NCBI RefSeq assembly: GCF_006345805.1
Contig: NC_043000.1
Coordinates: 85,498,001-85,562,000 of the forward strand
Reading direction: 5' to 3'
Length of the DNA stretch: 64,000 nt
Source: Octopus sinensis
Taxonomy: Eukaryota
Part shown: positions 13,044 through 26,059 of the stretch, one piece after another
How the letters are laid out: each line of letters opens with the position of its first letter
Position numbering within the stretch: position 1 is the stretch's first letter
Translations under genes and position numbers: made by a program
Notes under the pieces: generated by a model
The model's database searches: none
What the model saw: the letters and a program-made list of their open reading frames with translations, nothing else
What the model was told of the DNA's origin: nothing

Positions 13044-14046
13044 CTAGTAAAAATAACAAAAAAAAAATACATTTTTTATATATATATGTATATATCATCA
13101 TCATTTAACGTCCGCTTTCCATGCTAGCATGGGTTAGAGAACAACAAACATTAAGGCAAGGAAAATATCTCAAGTCATATACAATATTATTATTGGAAAA
13201 AATTCGAAGTCTTACAGCTGTTTCTTGGATATCCCAGAGTATGGGATATTCCATCATCAGAGACAAATAGGGAAAATGAAAATGGTATATGTTTGTTGCC
13301 CTCTTTAACAATTATATATCTGCTGCATCGAAAATCTGCAATTGCTCCATAACTACCATCTTGGCGCCCTAATAATCCGTTACAGCACTTACCTGGTGTC
13401 CCTAATCGTTTAGATCACCTGTGAGCTAAACCCCATACTTTGTATGAATATATATATATATAAATAAATACAAACACACACACACAGACAGATAGACACA
13501 CATAATTTAAATGTAAATTATAAACAATATATTGGTACACATTTAACCTTTCTGTGATTAAAACACAGCACACTCTCTACAGAATAATCCACAGAATAGT
13601 CCAACACGTTTCACTTAGTTATTGCCAGTTTATCAACTGTGCCTACTTTACTCATGAAAGAGAGAGAGAGAACAGCTTTCAACTCTTTATTAATAAATGA
13701 ACTAAATACTATTGATAAGCTGGCAACAGATATGTGACACACACCGAGTTGTTCTTTGGTTCCCTCCACAGAGAGATAGAGCCCTGTGGTTTAATCACAG
13801 GGGCTGTTTACATAGGGTTTATTAAGCACATGTCAGTAAACTTATTTACAATTTACATACATGCACATTGCCGCAGTACTGTAAGTTAATTAGTTTTAAT
13901 ATATAGGTACATATTTAAAATAACACACATACATACACAAGATTTCACAATTGTAAAGATTTATTTATTATTATGAAATTTGTTTCCTTATTATAAAGGG
14001 AAATAGACTTCATAAACTGAACACTAATATAAAAATTCCCACTCAC

Positions 14047-14131
14047 TTTAATGTTGCTAAAACACTACATGTTCTTAAGTCTAAAATCTTTAAAGAATCA
14101 TCCCTTGTACAACATAAAATTTGATTTCCAT
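14047..14131 (-). CDS. ATG16L1: ATG16L1 WD40 exon
   Basis: (D)GNQILCCTRDDSLKILDLRTCSVLATL (human ELLSCSRDDLLKVIDLR); TTTCAG acceptor and GTGAGT donor. Confidence 0.95.
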
Positions 14132-15207
14132 CTGAAAATACATATAGCAAAAATATGAAACAAAGATAAAAGTATATGAAATTAGTACAATTAAGAAAAA
14201 TGTAATTATTATACATGATTTCATTGTCAATTTAATTAACCTCACTATATTTTAGCCATATCATTTTATATTTGATTTCTCCATACTGACAAAGAAAAAC
14301 CAAATCTGAAATTCGAATTATACGTTACCACAGTCTAGGTACTTTTTATTGCGTCAGGTACAAAAGAGGTTGTCTGAAGCTGCACTAAGAACCTTGGGCA
14401 CCTTTATGAATTCCTCACAACCATGGTCACCTTTTTGAACTCCTTTTTGAATTACTCACAACCTTCAGCATCTTTTTGAATTACTAAGAACCTTGGGCAC
14501 CTTTTTTGAATTCCATATGGCTAACACTAGTGGACATGCATACAAAATCAAAAACCAACAAACTTTTGGAAACATTTTTTCATGCTCAGAATTGCTGAAG
14601 TACAGAGTAAACTACCCACATCAGTTGTTAGTTGTCAAGACACTACATCCTTGAAAACTATCATGCCTACTGAAATTCTCCAACAGTACACACCAGTTTC
14701 TTTTTTTTAAGACTTATTCACTATTCATTTTCTGTGCATATCTTATGTACAGTTCATGCAGTTTTGATTACTTTTTCTGAGTTGTAGTACACTTGAGCAC
14801 AGTATACAATAAATTCATTATTATTATTTTTATTTTAAAGAGAACCCTCTACTTTGTATTTTTTTTTTTTTTTTTGAGTCACTGCTACCGTAGAAGGCTT
14901 CCTTAGGGAATCTCTATGTCCTCCAGGTGTTAATTCTATGAAATCCAACAGCATGAAAGCAAAATTAATGCTGGCAGTTTTCGAAATGAAAAGTAACAAA
15001 GGTGAGTGAAAACATTGCCAGATATTTCATCTGATAATCCACTGATTTTACTAATTCAAAACTCTTTGAAATCATAAAAGCCATTGGTTGTTTTGGAACA
15101 GAAAAAGTTAATCTTTTAACAATTAGTTCAATCAATACAAAGAAAAACTTTTACACTATTTTATTAAAAAAAAAATTAAAATATACTCATAATAAACCAT
15201 TCCATAC

Positions 15208-15387
15208 CTATTGAAAGATCTAAAGAAGTTACCCGACCACCTAAGGACACTTCTTTCACAACTCCATCTCCAGACGTTCGATTGTCCCAAAAACGAACTT
15301 TCTTATCAAAATGACCACTTATGATGGAAGTTCCTTGATGTGTGACCAAATCATTGCAGCTCGATCCAGCAAAAATAGTTCGGATAC
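15208..15387 (-). CDS. ATG16L1: ATG16L1 WD40 exon
   Basis: (C)[59 protein letters not shown]; AAG acceptor and GTATGG donor. Confidence 0.96.
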
Positions 15388-16158
15388 CTTTACAAATTAA
15401 AAGAAAATTTATTGACACATAGTATATAAATAACTTTTGGATTACTTATTCATGTAAACATTGTGAAATAACTTAAAATAAAGAATTCAAAAAAGTATTG
15501 ATGGATTAAATGAAACAAATGTGTGTGTGATCATCACTGTTCTAGTGTCCACTTTTCTATGCTTGTATGGGTCAGATATTTTTTGCTGAGGTGGATTTTT
15601 CTATGGCTGGATGCCCTTCCTGTGTTCAAGGAAGGTAATGTTTCCTCATGACCAAACATGTTTTCGCAGAAGATTGGAAATGAAGGGCATGAAACATACT
15701 CTTGCATGAAGATGCTGCTCAATTACAACTATAAAGACCCCCACCCCAATAATAAGTTTCTTTTATTTTCTGTTTACCAAGTCCATTTGCAAGGCTTTGG
15801 TTAGCCTTGGGGCTATAATAGAAGACACTTTCCCAAGAATCCATACAGTGGGACTGAACCTGAAACGGTGTGTTTGAAAAGCATTTGTGTGTGTGTGTGT
15901 GTGTGCATGTGTACCCTTGTTTTGACATCATGGTTGCACACAAGCAATGTTGTTTGTTTCTAGTCTTCTGTGAAAAACATGTCAGGCCATGAGGAAATAT
16001 TACCTTGCTTGGAAACAGGTGAGGCCTGTGACAAGAAGACTGTCCAGCAGTAGAAAATCTGATTCAATAAGATGTGTCCAACCCATGCAATCATGGAGAA
16101 GTAAATGTTAAAACAATAATGATGAATTAAATTTTTTTTAACAGACTACTGACTACTA

Positions 16159-16464
<306 letters not shown>

Positions 16465-18133
16465 TTACATTGTTTTATACTATAAACTAAAAGCCTCCAT
16501 CATAAAGAAGGTTGTCAAACATCATTAAAATTGATCTGAACTGAAATTCTGATTAGAGGTTATCAAGCATAGAAATTTAATACAATTATATCTCTTGTTT
16601 TACTCAATACTGGTATCAAATTTTGATACAAGGCCAGCAATTTTGGGGGAGGGGGTAAGTCAATTACACCGACCCCAGTGCTCATCTGGTACTTGATCTC
16701 AAAAAGATAAAAGGTAAAGTCGACCTTGGCAGAATTTCAATTCAGGATGTAAAGACAGATAAAATACTGCTAGACATTTTGTTTGGCATACTAACAATTC
16801 TGCCAGCTCACTGTCTTATTGTATTACTTAATATTAATGTATTCATTTGCATATACACTCAGACCAAATATCTGAGTGTATATAATATAGCAAGAAGTAT
16901 AAGCCATCAACTTACACTTGCATAAATTATGACAAAAACTATTACTTAAAGAGTAAATGTGGTCATTAACATCCTTACAACAAACCATCATCTTCAAAAT
17001 TATATTTTTAGTCAAAATCTTTTGGATATCATTTATAAACAAATTGATTTTCTTGGAAAAAGTTACTGATATCAACAAAGAGAAATACTTCAATACACTA
17101 ATTTCTAAATCGTTCTTCAAGAAAACATTAAAATTATGAAGCTAGCTTTCATTTTGCTACTTTTAAAAACCATATTTATGTCTAAAGCTTATAAATATTG
17201 GTTTTGTTTATCAGAAAATTAGTAATTCTTCTTCAGCAGAGAAGGGAAATAATTAATTAACTAGCCACCAGTGCCAGTTTTACATCTGCTTTCTATGCAG
17301 TTAGATAGGATCCAAAGGGTCAAAGGACCACATCTTGCAGAGTGTCCCAGTTTAGGCAAGGGTTCTACAACTAGATGTCCTTCCTAATGCCAACTACTTC
17401 ACAGAGTGTACTGGTTGCTTTTTTCATGGCACCAGCACTCATGAGGTTGCCTTGTAACTTGCTTGAATGAAAGAGACAATAGGAGATAGAGTGGTCACAT
17501 TATGTGAGGTATTGGATATTATTTGTACTTATTAATACCAGGTAAAAAAGAAAGCAATAATAACACTAGGTTGACTTGAATCCAGAATTGTGAGATAAAA
17601 CTATTTTTAGTCCAGTATTCTACTTCAATATTAGCTATTTTTGTTAATTCTGTTTATTTCTTTGTTTATAATGTAAACTAAAATTTAGATACCATCTATT
17701 AGAGAATGAACTAGAGTTAGCATTAGTATGCAATTTAAGGGTACAGAGATGGTTGTGTGGTTAAGAAGTTCATTTAGCAACAACATAGATTTCAGGCAGA
17801 TACCATTTAGCAGTGTCTACTACCATAGTTTTGTGAGTGAAGTTTGGTAGAGAGAATGCTGTCAAAGTCACTGTTGCTGTTCTTGCTGGTGGTAGATTTA
17901 ACTCACTGCTTGGTTTAATATTGCTGCCTGTTATTTGGGTACCTTAAGTAGAGTCCATTATATTGCATACTTTCAAGACAAACAGCCATTCTGAGGCTAA
18001 CTATCACCCTCTGCTCTATCAGCACAGAGGCTCTGAAGAGGGTCAAGACTAATGTTATTTCTCCTCTGTCTAAGTAATTAAAAAATAGTAATAAAGTTAT
18101 AGAATGAAGAAAAGAAATTGTTAGAATACATAC

Positions 18134-18205
18134 TCGTAATCGGTGGTCGGCCAGAGACCAGACTCGGCTGGCGAAGTCATTTGAAGCACCTAACACAAGT
18201 CTTTC
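18134..18205 (-). CDS. ATG16L1: ATG16L1 WD40 exon
   Basis: ERLVLGASNDFASRVWSLADHRLR; CAG acceptor, GTATGT donor, phase 0-0. Confidence 0.95.
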
Positions 18206-18930
18206 CTGAAACAGTCAAGTTAATCACATGTAAGAAACTTAATATAAACATCACATGCTAATGTAGACACTGCAAAAGATGGAGATTATAGGTATCTCAA
18301 TGAAAACTATTAACTTTTCTGTTTTCCCTGGTAACATCTGCTCTTGAAAAAAATTCTCTTTTATTACCATTATCTGTACACCCATCACAGATAAAAGTAC
18401 CACGCTTGTTGATAAGATATTACTGGGAAGACTTAAATATACTTAGCATTTGGTAGACTATTTTAATCCAAGAGGAAGATCAGTGCAAGACTTGCCAGAC
18501 TGATGTAATACTGATGTGTACAGGGTAGAGGAGGAGGAGGAGGTGGTGGTGGTGGTGGTGGTAGTAGTAGTAGTCCTAATGTTGCAGTTTAAGGGAAAGA
18601 GGAGCAAAAACAGGCTTCTGAGCCATCTCTATGTTTATTGCTTGTAAGCCATCAATAATATCTTGTGGAGAGATAATTTGATGCAAAGTAGGAAGAATAA
18701 ATAGCTTTGTAATTGAAGTGAAGATGAGTTGCATTGGACCTGTAGTGTAGTGTTTTCCCAATGTGAAGTGTTACTGCCTTACATTCTTTTCAAAAGGTAC
18801 TGGGAATGGTCTCAGGAAAAAATTTTTAAATAATTTTGGTGGGGAAAAAAGAAAAAACATCTGCAATCAAAGGGACAGCAAATTGCTGGGAAAATGTCCA
18901 AGTTGCACAAACCTCACCCTCTCTTAGCTC

Positions 18931-19347
18931 TGTAGTGATGCTACAGTGTAGGGTTCGGCGCGCATGCGCAGAATGGGACTACTTCCGGGTGGCCACCGGA
19001 AGTCTTCCCCATGCGCATGTGCGGGAAAACATCTCTCGAGCCCGCGAACCTCAAATCGCTCTCTTCGGCTCTAGACAGCCCTGCGATCGGTCACGGTTTT
19101 CCTGGCTCTGACAGCCCCACACCAGCTTCAACCAACTTCAACCAACCTCAAGACCAACACCAGCAATATATCAGAGGCTGTCTATTCCCCCATCAGACAA
19201 CGTACAACCATGAATCAATAAACCAAGTTGTCTGTTCACCTTTAACCTGAGTTTCGTCTGTTTGTTTTCTACAAGAATTTTTGTATGTGATTAGAAAGGA
19301 TCTCGACACCCTGCCAGTGTTTCGATGATAGATCCTTTCACGTTACA
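18931..19347 (+). repeat. 5' LTR (417 bp)
   Basis: Starts TGTAGTGATG, ends CGTTACA; AATAAA at 19217-19222; no difference from the 3' LTR seen by eye. Confidence 0.96.
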
Positions 19348-19730
19348 ATTGGTGACCCCTAGTTGAGAAAAAGAACAGGATAGAAAAAGACACAGCGAAC
19401 AGGTTTTTTTTTTGGGGCCGAAGAGCGCGGAAATTCACATTTATTTTCCTATTTTCTCCTTTTCAGCACGGCGAGGTGGGTAAAATAGCCTTATTCATCG
19501 CACACAGTACAAAAAAAAAAAAGAACGAAAAAAGAAAACACACACACATTCATTTTTTTTCCTTTTCTGTATTTTGTTTTCCTTGTACACACTTATTCCT
19601 TTTTTTTTTGCTACCCACGAGGTGCACACACAAACACAATTTTCAATTGCCTTCTCGGTTCCACGTGTTCTCTCTCCGTTTCTTGACCATACCTTCTGCC
19701 TCCTTCTCACAGACTCCTTCCGACAAAGGC

Positions 19731-20463
19731 ATGGCTTCAGGTTTGCCTTCATTTACGGGGGATGCGGGGCTGTGGTTTGCACAGGTGGAATCGCACTTTG
19801 CGCGCATACCATTCCGCCACAACAGCAGTTGCATCTACTGTTTTCAAGTTTGCCCTCCCGGCTCGCACATCGGTCAGGGATCTCATTGTGAGTCCCCATC
19901 CTGACGCCACATATGCGTCAGTAAAGCGGAGATCCTCCGTCGCAACACGCGCTCAGAGGAAAGTCAGTTCAATGAACTGATGGCCGACGAGCAGTTAGGG
20001 GACAGAACTCCATCCCAATTTCTGCGCCATCTAAGAGAGCTAAGCGGCAACGCCGCTGACGCGCCGCTCTTACGTAAGATATTTTTCTCAAGGCTGCCTG
20101 CCCACGTGCAGACAATGTTGGCCACGGCACTGGATGCTGTGTCTGTGGACCAGATCGCCACGATGGCCGACAAAGTGTTGGAGTTTTCGCGCCCATCTCC
20201 CTCGCGGGCCCTGTACGCATGTATAGAGCCCCCCCCGACCCCTCCGACGAACGATAAACTGGCCGAGAACATCGACGCGCTTACGCGGAGGATCGATGAT
20301 CTGTGCCGTGCGATCGGACGCCAATCTCGTAGTCGCAGTAGCTCTATTTCCCGCAGTCGGAGTGACTCTGTTTCTCGTTCCGGCTGGTGCTGGTACCATT
20401 CGAGATATGCCGAAGGCAGATCGGTGTACCCAGCCGTGCACTTTCAAGCCCTCGGAAAACTAA
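19731..20463 (+). pseudogene. gag, frameshifted as assembled, with CHCC-type zinc knuckle
   Basis: LPSFTGDAGLWFAQVE, QLGDRTPSQFLRHL and FFSRLPAHVQ motifs. CWYH...C-TQP-C is completed only in a shifted frame, which ends GAAAAC TAA at 20463. Confidence 0.85.
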
Positions 20464-23400
20464 ATCCGGAGGAGGTGAGCACGTCACCTTCTTCCATCTC
20501 GTTTCCCAAACATCGTGCATTCTATGTAAAAGATCTGGTGTCGAAGACATTCTTCATGGTAGACACCGGCTCCTGTTGCAGCATCTGGCCCCTTCGTCTG
20601 GCTGCAGACAAGCCCAAGCGCTCTTCGATTGTCTTGCATGCTATTGACTCGTCTCCCATAACCACTTACGGTCAGATTTCGCTGCGCCTCGACCTCAACC
20701 TTCGTCGAGACTTTCGATGGGTTTTCGTCATCGCTGACATCCCGCACCCTATTCTCGGCGCTGATTTCCTGGATAGGTTTAACTATTGGTGGATGTCAGG
20801 CGTCGGAGGCTTCTTGATAGCACGACGTCGCTCTCTACACCGACTGGGAGTTCCACCACTGCGGTCCTTAGCCCGACATTCTTTGTTGCCACCTCTGGAG
20901 ACCCTTTTCACTCTCTTTTGGTTTCATTTCCGGAGCTAGTGGACATTGCCTTTAAACCGGAAAATCCTACCCACTCGACCCTCCATTTCATCACCACCAA
21001 TGGGCCACCTGTATTCTCACGCCCCCGGCGCCTAGCGCCAGACCGACTTAAAACGGCCAGAGCCGAGTTTGAGCACATGCTTCAACTTGGCCTTATACGC
21101 CCCTCCACCAGCCCATGGGCATCTCCCCTTCATTTGGCGCGAAAGGGCGAGTCTGATTTTCGCCCGGTTGGAGACTATCGACGCCTCAATGCCGTCACAA
21201 TAGCCGATCGCTATCCGATTAGAAATCTCCGGGACTTTACAGCAAATCTCCATGGTTGTACCATTTTTTCGAAGGTCGATCTGATACGCGCTTACCACCA
21301 AATACCGGTCAACCCAGCCGACGTTCCAAAAACTGCAATCACTACCCCGTTTGGGTGTTTTGAGTTTTTGTACATGAGTTTCGGTTTGCGGAATGCTACT
21401 AGCACCTTCCAGCGTTTCATTGATGAGGTTGTCCGCGGTCTTGATTTTGTGTTTGCCTATGTCGATGACATACTCATTGCGAGCGACACACGAGAAAATC
21501 ATCTCCGGCACCTTTCTCAACTCTTCCAGCGCGTCTTCGCGCGTATAGCATACGCATAAACCCCGACAAGTGTGTTTTCGGACGCTCTTCCCTAGATTTT
21601 CTAGGGCATCATATTGATTCGACTGGAATCAGCCCCCTCTCGTCAAAAGTCGATGCCATTCAACGCATCGCACCCCCCACTTCCTTGCGCCAGCTCAGGC
21701 ATTATCTAGGGATGGTCAATTTCTACCGACTTCATTCCGGTTCATTCCGTTGTGCAGATAAGCTGCTACCTCTCACCAGGCTGTTAAAGGACTCTCCTAG
21801 AAAGGACAGTCAAGTCACCCTCTCTGTTGAGGCAGTGACAGCCTTTGAGTCCATTAAGAAGGAGCTGGCTTCTGTTTCTTTGCTTGCACATCCAGTCCTG
21901 GTGCTTCTCTCTCTTTAACTGTGGACGCATCGGACACTGCGATTGGCGCTGTGTTACAACACACAGTGGATGACCATGTTCGACCTCTAGCCTTCTTTTC
22001 CCGTCAACTGCAACCAGCTGAACGACGATACAGCACCTTTGATCGTGAGCTCCTAGCGATCTATCTATCGGTTCGTCATTTCCAGCATCAACTTGAAGGG
22101 CGAGATTTTGTGATCTATACGGATCACAAGCCCCTTACGTTTGCCCTGTTTTCAAAAACGGACAAACTCTCACCCCGTGCTTTTCGGCACCTGGATTTTA
22201 TCTCTCAATTTACTAGCAACATTCGACACATACCTGGAAAAGAGAACGTTCCTGCTGACGCTCTCTCTCGCCTTCCAGTTTGCGCCCTTTCGTCTCCTGC
22301 TGCTATCGACTTAGCTGCCATATCGCAGGAGCAGCCACCTTTGGCGTCGTTAGATTTAACTTCTCCCAAGTTCTCCTGTTGCCAGTTTTCCTACCTTCCG
22401 CTTCCGTCAGCCGAAGGCACCATTCTTTGTGACACTTCAACTGGATCTCCCAGGCCACTGGTGCCTGAGACCCATCAACGCTCAGTGTTTGAAGCACTGC
22501 ACTCCTTATCACATCCTGGCATCGCTGCCACCCTCAAACTAATCACTGCTCGGTTTTTCTGGCCGAATATGCGTCGCACAATTACCTCTTGGACACGAAC
22601 CTGCTCCAAGTGTCAACGATCCAAAATTCAACGGCACGTTCGTGCCCCGCTTGGACAATTTCCCCCCACGGAGGCCCGTTTTCGCCATGTCCACATCGAT
22701 CTGGTTGGACCATGGCCTGTGAGTCGCGGGTTCTCTTATCTATTAACTTGTGTCGATCGTTTCTCCCGCTGGCCAGAAGCCATTCCGATAGCAGACATTT
22801 CTGCTGCTGACTGTTGCGCGAGCTTTCGTTTCAAACTGGATTTCTCGCTTCGGAGTCCCGTCCCGATTGACAACTGATCGTGGACGACAGTTTGAGGCCT
22901 CGCTATTTCGCGAATTGTCGCGAATTTTGGGTATGCACCATATCCACACCACAAGCTACCATCCAGCGTCTAATGGATTGGTTGAGCGGTTCCATAGACA
23001 GCTCAAGGCCGCTCTTCGTGCCTCTTCGGACCCACAGTCCTGGATCGAATTTCTGCCCATTGTGCTTCTCTGGCTGTCGGACTGCTGTCAAGGCAGACCT
23101 GGGGTTTTCTGCTGCAGAGCTGCTGTATGGTACCACACTGGCATTGCCCGGTACGATGTTGGTGCCAGACACTTCCCCGCCCCTGATGATCCGGCGACCT
23201 ATGTCACCAGACTGCGGGAATATTTTTCAAACCTTCCGCCCATGCTTCCCAGAAAGCAATCTCCACCGTCCCATCTTCCACCGGATATGAACACCTGGTC
23301 GCATGTTTTTGTTCGGGACGATTCTGTGAAGGGCCCACTTGTTTCTCCCTATAAAGGACCTTTTCGTGTGCTTTCTCGCACACCAAAGGTTTTCACGATT

Positions 23401-23696
23401 GAGATAAATGGTCGTTCGGAGACCGTTTCCGTGGACCGTTTAAAAAAGGCACATTTTGAGACGTCTTCATCTTTTGATGACAACCTTGACACACCCACCT
23501 ATGCACCTTTAACAACACTTTCACCACTGCACAAACGCCTTCACCTGCACAAACGCCTTCACCTGCACAAACACCTTCACCGGCTCCTACAACACCACCC
23601 TCGCCGTCAACGGGTGCCCCGAGCACACCGTATGTTACAAAATCGGGCAGAACAGTGCATTGGCCCAAGAAACTTTCAAAAACAATTTACATTTAA
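20449..23696 (+). pseudogene. pol (protease, RT, RNase H, integrase with GPY/F tail), broken by several 1-2 nt indels as assembled
   Basis: VDTGS (PR); SPWASPLH, DYRRLN, FGLRNA, YVDD (RT); DAS, YSTFDRELLA, YTDHKPL (RH); LHSLSHPG...[36 protein letters not shown] (IN); ends [21 protein letters not shown]. Confidence 0.9.
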
Positions 23697-23825
23697 CTTT
23701 CTTTAAAATGTTTATTATTGTATAATAGTATGTACCAAGTCTTCTGGGGGATCGGCAAGCCTTCTGTTTTCTGCAGCACCACCACAATATTCTGGTTGCC
23801 GTACTTCGCACTCGGAGGGGAGCCC

Positions 23826-24242
23826 TGTAGTGATGCTACAGTGTAGGGTTCGGCGCGCATGCGCAGAATGGGACTACTTCCGGGTGGCCACCGGAAGTCT
23901 TCCCCATGCGCATGTGCGGGAAAACATCTCTCGAGCCCGCGAACCTCAAATCGCTCTCTTCGGCTCTAGACAGCCCTGCGATCGGTCACGGTTTTCCTGG
24001 CTCTGACAGCCCCACACCAGCTTCAACCAACTTCAACCAACCTCAAGACCAACACCAGCAATATATCAGAGGCTGTCTATTCCCCCATCAGACAACGTAC
24101 AACCATGAATCAATAAACCAAGTTGTCTGTTCACCTTTAACCTGAGTTTCGTCTGTTTGTTTTCTACAAGAATTTTTGTATGTGATTAGAAAGGATCTCG
24201 ACACCCTGCCAGTGTTTCGATGATAGATCCTTTCACGTTACA
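23826..24242 (+). repeat. 3' LTR (417 bp)
   Basis: Direct repeat of 18931-19347; the internal ORFs 19011-19250 and 23906-24145 have identical translations. Confidence 0.96.
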
Positions 24243-24549
24243 GCTCCTATGACACTACCCCCATCACTGCTCTTCTACCTCCTCCTTGCTTGTATTCTCA
24301 GCTTCCTTATACAACCTACAACCAAACACAATTTGTACATACGTATCTTGGTTGTATTGTGTCTACTTGTTCACTTGTCTTATATTACTTTAAACTCTAT
24401 ACCATCTTACCTTTATATTGAGTCTAATCATTGTTCCTACTTTCTTTTACAGATTATATTGGTATTCCGTTTTGTCCTACATGCACTGTTAGTTGTTATA
24501 TTTGGTTTCATTGTGATACTAGGAGTTATGGCCCAGTGAAATCTATCAA

Positions 24550-24980
24550 AGTCAGAAAATGTAGCCACAAATATATTAAGTATGGGTGTATATCTGTTAA
24601 AAACAATATTGGCGGTCCTTATGTTTTGTAACTTCACAATATGCAATTCAAATTTAAAACCTGCAAGATTATCTGAACATTTAAAAAGTAAACTCAACTC
24701 AAAGACATCAAATCAAATATGTCCAACATGATCAAAAAGAAACTCTTTCATGCCTCGAATTCTGTCTGACACCAAAATTAGTTCTGTAAGCCAATTCTAT
24801 AGTTGTATTGAGAAAAAAGCCTCTCACTGTGCATCTGAGAAGACTGCCAAACCATGTTCCCTTAAAATAGTAGAACTTGTCCTCGAGCAAGAAGTACCTA
24901 AGAAAATCTAAGAGATGCCTGTCCCTCCAATAATGTCATTGTGAGTCAAGTTGCTGAAATATCCTTGCCCAGAGGACAAA
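24550..24980 (+). mobile_element. hAT (Buster/Charlie, ZBED5-like) transposase remnant
   Basis: RKCSHKYIKYG, KPARLSEHLKSK, KPCSLKIVELVLEQEVPKKI and SNNVIVSQV resemble Buster-type N-terminal motifs; disrupted. Confidence 0.65.
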
Positions 24981-25988
24981 TACAATGAAACAATCTCCAT
25001 GTCCCATCAATATTCAAAGTTTTTCTAGTTAAAATAACAACTTGCATAGATAGTACTAGAACCAATAATTCCATCTACACAACTTATCTGAAATGGAATG
25101 GAACTGAGCTTCATGACACAAGTACTCACAAACTGAACCAGGATGTAATTGAACATAATGACATGACACTAAACTAAACATCAAGAGACTAATGACCAGT
25201 AAACAGCAATAAAAAGAAAGTCAAAGTCTTTATTTTGTGTTAATCATATTTTGTTGTTGGCCATGAGACGACAGGCACTGTCAAAGTTCATTGCTAATTC
25301 AATATATTTTTTTTTCATTTTTCTTACTTAGCTTTCTTTTATTTTTGTTATTTTACAATTTCCACTCTAATAAAACATTTATAAGAAATGGATTCAAATT
25401 AAACTTTATCTGCTCTTGACTACCACCACCAGCCAGCTGATTTGATATCAAAGAGATAAGAGCCTAAGCTATCAGGAAATTCTACTCTAATGCATATAGA
25501 GGAAACTTGTTTAGACAAGTAAATTTCAGAGAGTAAGATTATAGTTGTTTTATGTATCTGATTCAGTTCAGAAGAGAAACTTTAGGAAGAAACTAAAGCA
25601 TATATGGTTGATTGTCAGAACACTAGACTTACCTGTTGAAACAAGCACTATCTAAGAAAAATAACGCAAAGTTGATGCATGTTAGAACATTCATAAATAT
25701 ATCGACTTCCTGAAACACTTGAAGTTGATTTCTAAAAATATCTATTGTCATAGTTGCACTTGTAAAGAGCTTTATATCCAATAGTGTAACATTATCTCAA
25801 CAATTGTGTTTGCTTCATATTATGGAGCAAACACAAAAACTAAATATGGAAAAAACTTTGAAAAAGGCAGCCAAATGTTAGCAATTGTTTGTAAGTTATT
25901 GGTATTCAAAAATAATACTTTATCTTTTAGACTCCTAAATATTGCCCTTTAATTACAATAAATGTTTAATTAAATAATTTCATCTTAC

Positions 25989-26059
25989 CTCAATATCAAA
26001 TTCAATACAAGTTATTCCAGCATTACTTCCTTGTAAAATACCCTTGTTTTCACATTTTC
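25989..26059 (-). CDS. ATG16L1: ATG16L1 WD40 exon
   Basis: (G)KCENKGILQGSNAGITCIEFDIE (human [20 protein letters not shown]); TAG acceptor and GTAAGA donor. Confidence 0.95.

Larger units (their letters stand above)
18931..24242 (+). mobile_element. Full-length Ty3/Gypsy LTR retrotransposon, CsRN1/Boudicca/Kabuki-like, inserted antisense in an ATG16L1 intron
   Basis: TG...CA LTRs at 18931-19347 and 23826-24242; TSD GCTC at 18927-18930 and 24243-24246; PBS TGGTGACCCC (tRNA-Trp type) after the 5' LTR; polypurine tract GGAGGGGAG before the 3' LTR; domain order gag-PR-RT-RH-IN. Confidence 0.96.

Noticed and set aside
19011-19250. 79-aa ORF present identically at 23906-24145
   Set aside because: It lies within the LTR, has no recognisable domain, and its identity simply reflects LTR identity.
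19980-20939. 319-aa continuous gag-protease ORF
   Set aside because: It exists only because an indel near 20408 shifts out of the CHCC knuckle frame, and its C-terminus drifts out of the pol frame again.
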